A stretch of 64,000 nt of DNA from an uncultured Chloroflexia bacterium. GTDB lineage: Bacteria > Chloroflexota > Chloroflexia > QHBQ01 > JADMIH01. The translations under genes were made by a program, and so were the position numbers. Location: positions 480,001 through 544,000 of the forward strand of contig CAWCNY010000006.1 of NCBI GenBank assembly GCA_963797095.1, in the 5' to 3' direction. Positions 60,085 to 64,000 of the stretch are shown here, piece by piece (position 1 is the stretch's first letter; every line of letters starts with the position of its first letter). Under the pieces are notes generated by a model. It searched no databases. It was not told the origin of the DNA and saw only the letters and a list, made by a program, of their open reading frames with translations.

Positions 60085-60741
60085 GTGTTTGATTGGATAG
60101 GGACTAACTGGGTATGGTGCTCGTTGGGTTGCATAGGGCTGTTCGTCGTTATGAGTGTAATCGGATACTTCTCGTTACGGGCGCGTGCCGATCGAGTGTT
60201 GCAGACGGATGGATTGCTTGAAGCCCTGAGAATGTTGAACGCGGGAGGTATGGACGGCGAGATCACGAAACTGCTCGATACACAACTGCCGAAATGGCCC
60301 ATCACGGACGAGATCAAAAGCGCTGTAGGCGAGCTACAGGGCCTGAAGACGGGCCTCGACGCCGCAGGACGGGCAGGAGTGCCTCAGAACCTGATCGCGG
60401 CGTTCAAGCAGGATACGCTGAAGGCTCTTGACCAGATGTGGCATCTGGCCGAGCGTGTGTCAGGGGCTGGAGCGCAGAGTGTGGAATACGCTTCGCTGGA
60501 GGAGCAAATGGCCCCCTATGTTGAGCAGGTGAAGAGGGTATGCCAATCTGCAAAGGAAGGGCGACTCACGATGGCTCGACTGGCACTGGCCGACCATGAC
60601 GCAAACAGCCAAGCGTTGGAAGAGGCGACAGCAGGCTTGCACAACCTCAGCGAGGCAGCGAGTGCCCTGCGCATGACCGACATACAACGACGCGATGGAG
60701 ATACAGATGGGACACCGGTTCAGTCTTCAAATAATAGCTAG
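60085..60741 (+). CDS. Hypothetical protein (N-terminal TM + helical domain)
   Basis: 218-aa ORF tightly packed between truB and ribF; GGAGAG upstream. Confidence 0.7.
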   Translation: MFDWIGTNWVWCSLGCIGLFVVMSVIGYFSLRARADRVLQTDGLLEALRMLNAGGMDGEITKLLDTQLPKWPITDEIKSAVGELQGLKTGLDAAGRAGVPQNLIAAFKQDTLKALDQMWHLAERVSGAGAQSVEYASLEEQMAPYVEQVKRVCQSAKEGRLTMARLALADHDANSQALEEATAGLHNLSEAASALRMTDIQRRDGDTDGTPVQSSNNS

Positions 60742-60746
60742 CCCGT

Positions 60747-61691
60747 ATGCCTGATCAGAAGCCAAATAGTATGCAACTTATATACGACCTAACACGGCGG
60801 CAGCCTGAGCCCGCTGTGCTTACCATAGGGGCATTTGATGGTGTGCACCTGGGGCACCGTGCCTTGATAGATGGGGTGGTGGCGAGCGCGCGTGAGAAGG
60901 GGATCGCCGCTGTAGCTCTGACCTTCGAGCCGTCGCCCAGGGAAGTGCTAAGGCCAGGACAACCGATCGCTTATCTGACGCGCCTACCGGAGAAGATCAG
61001 GATCATGTCTGAGACCGGCCTGGATGAACTGGTGGTGGTGAACTTCACGAAAGAGCTATCTCAGGTGGAGGCTCCCGACTTCATCGCCTGGGTGCGGCAG
61101 TATTTGCCTTTTGTGGAGCTATGGGAAGGCGAAGGCTTCGCGCTGGGGCATGGGCGCACCGGGAACACCGATGTGCTGGCGCGTTTGGGAGATGAAGTGG
61201 GGTATAAGCTCCAAATCGCGCCCCTGGTGGTCGTAGATGGTGAGCCTGTGAGTAGCACGCGGGTACGTGAGGCGGTGCTGGCGGGCGACGTGGCACTGGC
61301 AGCGCGCTTGCTTGGTCATTATCAGACCGTGCCCGGCACCGTTGTGCCCGGGTCCCGCAGGGGACGCGAGCTAGGCTACCCGACGGCGAACCTGGCGCTA
61401 CCCCCCAATCAGGCCCTGCCCGCCGATGGAGTTTACGCTACCTGGTGTACGCGAGCTGCCACCGGCGAGGTTCTGCCTTCAGTGACCAGCATCGGCACGA
61501 GACCCACGTTCGACGACGATGCGCGCCTGGTCGAGGTGTATATCATAGATTACAACGCCGACCTGTACGGCGAGGTGCTGATCGCGCATTTCGTGGAATA
61601 CCTGCGTGGGCAGGTGAAGTTTGAAGGGATCGAGCCTCTTATCGTACAAATGGGGACGGATACGGCGCGTGCGCGAGAGATACTGAAATAA
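60747..61691 (+). CDS. ribF: Bifunctional riboflavin kinase / FAD synthetase
   Basis: GAFDGVHLGH, VSSTRVR, GRELGYPTAN, GTRPTF, DLYG. Confidence 0.96.
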   Translation: MPDQKPNSMQLIYDLTRRQPEPAVLTIGAFDGVHLGHRALIDGVVASAREKGIAAVALTFEPSPREVLRPGQPIAYLTRLPEKIRIMSETGLDELVVVNFTKELSQVEAPDFIAWVRQYLPFVELWEGEGFALGHGRTGNTDVLARLGDEVGYKLQIAPLVVVDGEPVSSTRVREAVLAGDVALAARLLGHYQTVPGTVVPGSRRGRELGYPTANLALPPNQALPADGVYATWCTRAATGEVLPSVTSIGTRPTFDDDARLVEVYIIDYNADLYGEVLIAHFVEYLRGQVKFEGIEPLIVQMGTDTARAREILK

Positions 61692-61703
61692 AAGCAAAAA
61701 TAG

Positions 61704-61733
61704 AGAAGGGGTCGCGGTAGGCGGCCCCTTCTC
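61704..61733. terminator. Bidirectional terminator hairpin
   Basis: GAGAAGGGGTCGC-ggtag-GCGGCCCCTTCTC between convergent ribF and the lactonase gene. Confidence 0.7.
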
Positions 61734-61750
61734 CTTTCGCGATCGGTCGA

Positions 61751-62890
61751 TTAGCGAGCGACCAATCCCACCGAGCCGGGTACAAGGTTGCTCACACTTC
61801 CCACGGGAGCGAGGCTACCGTCGTGTGCGATGGCGAAGCCGACGATCTGGTGTGTGCCGGAGGCCAACACATAGAGGAAGCGCCCGTTGTTGTTCACGCT
61901 TGCATCTACAGGCGATGAGCCATCGCCTGTAACGCCTGTGCGTCCGTCGGCGTTGAGGAGCGCCAGGCTGCCGTTATGTGCGATGCGATAGCCCGTGACC
62001 GAGCCGCTGCCCGCGTTGGTAGCGTAGGCGAACTTGCCGTCGTTGCTGATAGCGACCCAGCAGGCTGCGGTCTGGTGCGTAGGAGAAGATGCGCTGATCG
62101 TTGTCAGGTTGCCTGCGAAGTTGAGACCATAGGATGATGCTGCGGAAGCGTTGGCCGCGCCGCCAAAAGCCTCCGAAACGATCAGGTGACCGCTCCCATC
62201 GAACGCGAAGCCGAACGGAGTCATGCCTGCCGAGTCCTGGACATCGGGGCCTGTAGCGTAGCCGAGAAGACCCACACGGAAAGTATCTATCTTGTTGGTG
62301 TTCTTCTCGGTGACCACCAGCATACGTCCATTATCGCTGAATTCTACCTGTGCGGGACCGACATCGGCCCCACTGAGTGGCCGGCTGGAACCTGGGATCC
62401 GGTGGAGCCTGCCGAGGATACCGATCCGGAATCCGGTGATATTGTTGGGAACGCCTGCGTTGAGTACATATACCAGGTCGCCATCGACGGCGATGCTGAT
62501 CGGATCGGTGCCGCCTGAAGGCACGCGGTCGACCAGTGTAAGGTTGTGACCGGAAGTAGCGAGTACCGAGATATCGTTGCTGCCCGCGTTCACGGCAAAG
62601 AGCAGGCGTCCATTATCACCCAGGGCCAGGGAACCCTGAGAGCCGAGACCCGCGCCCGTGCCGAGGCCACCTGTTGAGACCGTGCCTGCCGGGGTGAGCG
62701 CACCGTTTGAGCCGCGATCAAAGACGGCGACGGCGTTCCCTGCGGCGGCGTTGGTGAGGGTGTAGACGTAGCCTGAGTCGCCCTTGGCTGAGGCGCTACC
62801 GCCCGCGATAGCGAAGGCGGAGACCAGGAAAGCGACCGCTACCAGCACCCTTGCACACTTTGCGAACCATGATCGTACCGAGTTAGACAT
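61751..62890 (-). CDS. Secreted lactonase-family (6-phosphogluconolactonase-like) beta-propeller
   Basis: Signal peptide; VYTLTNAAAGNAVAVF, LFAVNAGSNDIS, AACWVAIS. Confidence 0.85.
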   Translation of the reverse strand: MSNSVRSWFAKCARVLVAVAFLVSAFAIAGGSASAKGDSGYVYTLTNAAAGNAVAVFDRGSNGALTPAGTVSTGGLGTGAGLGSQGSLALGDNGRLLFAVNAGSNDISVLATSGHNLTLVDRVPSGGTDPISIAVDGDLVYVLNAGVPNNITGFRIGILGRLHRIPGSSRPLSGADVGPAQVEFSDNGRMLVVTEKNTNKIDTFRVGLLGYATGPDVQDSAGMTPFGFAFDGSGHLIVSEAFGGAANASAASSYGLNFAGNLTTISASSPTHQTAACWVAISNDGKFAYATNAGSGSVTGYRIAHNGSLALLNADGRTGVTGDGSSPVDASVNNNGRFLYVLASGTHQIVGFAIAHDGSLAPVGSVSNLVPGSVGLVAR

Positions 62891-63014
62891 TGCGTTTCTC
62901 CTCCATCAATGATAAGGCTGTTCTTTTTAGCCCTTCTGATATTGTTCCGGGCTTTCCATGCCGCCCGGTTGCGACTTAGTTCTGCCCTATGGAGGATATC
63001 ATCGCAGGCGCGGC

Positions 63015-63060
63015 TTACGGCGCTATGAACCGCATTACACGGTAGTTACACGATCCTTAC
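63015..63060 (-). promoter_or_regulatory. 11-bp-spaced direct repeats (OmpR/PhoB-type boxes) upstream of the lactonase gene
   Basis: TTAC at 63015, 63035, 63046 and 63057, TGAA at 63026; minus-strand extended -10 TGATATCCT at 62993-63001. Confidence 0.5.
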
Positions 63061-63144
63061 GGCTTTGACAGATCCAATCTGTAACCTGGATCGTAGTACC
63101 TAATTGAAGATATGGAGAGGGTGTCCGCTCCTTCCTCCTCAATG

Positions 63145-63190
63145 CAGGAAACCCCCACGACCGGAACGGTCGTGGGGGTTTCCTGGTTTT
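63145..63190 (+). terminator. Perfect 19-bp hairpin followed by GTTTT (plus-strand terminator; candidate sRNA 3' end)
   Basis: CAGGAAACCCCCACGACCG-GAA-CGGTCGTGGGGGTTTCCTG-GTTTT. Confidence 0.7.
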
Positions 63191-63275
63191 GCCCATTCTA
63201 AGTAAAACGTGATACGCGACTATCGCTTACTGCTTATTTCCTTCGTCGTTGTTCGTAACGTATCTAGTATCAAGC

Positions 63276-63917
63276 TTACTCGCTCAGGAACCAGCCTATG
63301 CCAGGATATTGAGTGGTGTTAGGGACGGGATACGAGCCGCGAAGCTTGCCGATGCTATAAGGGTCGAGGGGAGTACTGTTGGCGTTCATGAGGGCGAAGT
63401 GGAGGTGAATCATGCCTCGTGCGCCAGTGTCACCTGACATACCGAGGAATTGACCTTGTTTGACATGAATGGTGCGCGATTGAGAGCCAACCGGAATATC
63501 CGAAGCGATGGAAGCGAGGTGGCCGTAGTATGTATAGTAAGTGACACCGTTGACATAATGCTTGATAAAGACTGCATTGCCCTGGCGGGAGCAGCAGTTG
63601 GCACAAGCCTCACCATCGGCTGCGGCTATGACGGGGAATGAGCGCCAGCTACTGAGGTTGTTGTAATTGCCTTTGATATAGTCGATGCCACCGTGGAAAC
63701 CTCCACTGTTGTAATACCAGCCGGAGAGTATCTCCATGCTGCTGTTAGCTTCGAAGGGGAGAGTGAGGAACTGGGCGCGGGCGGTGCCTGCCGGAGAGGC
63801 AGCAGCCGGGGTAGCCGAGGTGGCGCTAAAGGTGAAGAGGACAACTGCGAGGACGGCGATTGCGGCCAGGATTGAGCGGCTCTTCTTGGTGGAAATGACG
63901 GACAGAATAGAACGCAT
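63276..63917 (-). CDS. Secreted M23-family metallopeptidase
   Basis: Signal peptide; HGGID, YYGHL, HLHF zinc motifs. Confidence 0.9.
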   Translation of the reverse strand: MRSILSVISTKKSRSILAAIAVLAVVLFTFSATSATPAAASPAGTARAQFLTLPFEANSSMEILSGWYYNSGGFHGGIDYIKGNYNNLSSWRSFPVIAAADGEACANCCSRQGNAVFIKHYVNGVTYYTYYGHLASIASDIPVGSQSRTIHVKQGQFLGMSGDTGARGMIHLHFALMNANSTPLDPYSIGKLRGSYPVPNTTQYPGIGWFLSE

Positions 63918-64000
63918 TTAGAGATAGCTCCTTCTATAGGATTTAACAAGGGATGATCACCGCACTGTATTTACGCCTTGACATAAGGCGCAAGCACAAT

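Overview
Bacterial chromosomal window at moderately high GC. Gene content (Cys-containing SLH proteins, FPETG/QYFER secreted repeats, fhaA/fhaB, ArsA-HSP20) suggests a Chloroflexota genome; this is inference, not a search result. It is mostly housekeeping and envelope genes: a tandem pair of 833-aa ABC permeases, hpt, an FHA-FHA-VanW cluster, kbl, metG, S-layer/kelch proteins, several GT-C glycosyltransferases, rsfS, an RpoD-family sigma, ArsA, priA-def and the nusA-ylxR-infB-rbfA-nrnA-truB-ribF operon. I see no rRNA, tRNA, CRISPR array, integrase or intact transposase. The most interesting signals are: (1) a dispersed family of about 50-57 bp perfect palindromes whose arms co-vary, bracketing accessory genes and forming a nested mosaic; (2) a stand-alone Rad52/Sak-like annealase plus excisionase-like HTH operon behind a consensus promoter containing a LexA-like box; (3) a NusA with a C-terminal domain resembling the IS21/IS481 transposase C-terminal beta-barrel, behind a rimP-type leader with no rimP; (4) a PD-(D/E)xK nuclease-like gene coupled to hpt; (5) an ArsA-HSP20 ATPase beside a small protein ending in an IxV motif; (6) a candidate anti-SD sRNA; and (7) paired inverted heptamer arrays in intergenic gaps. 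Three single-base frameshifts are probably sequencing errors. All family calls come from motif recognition by eye; no searches were run.
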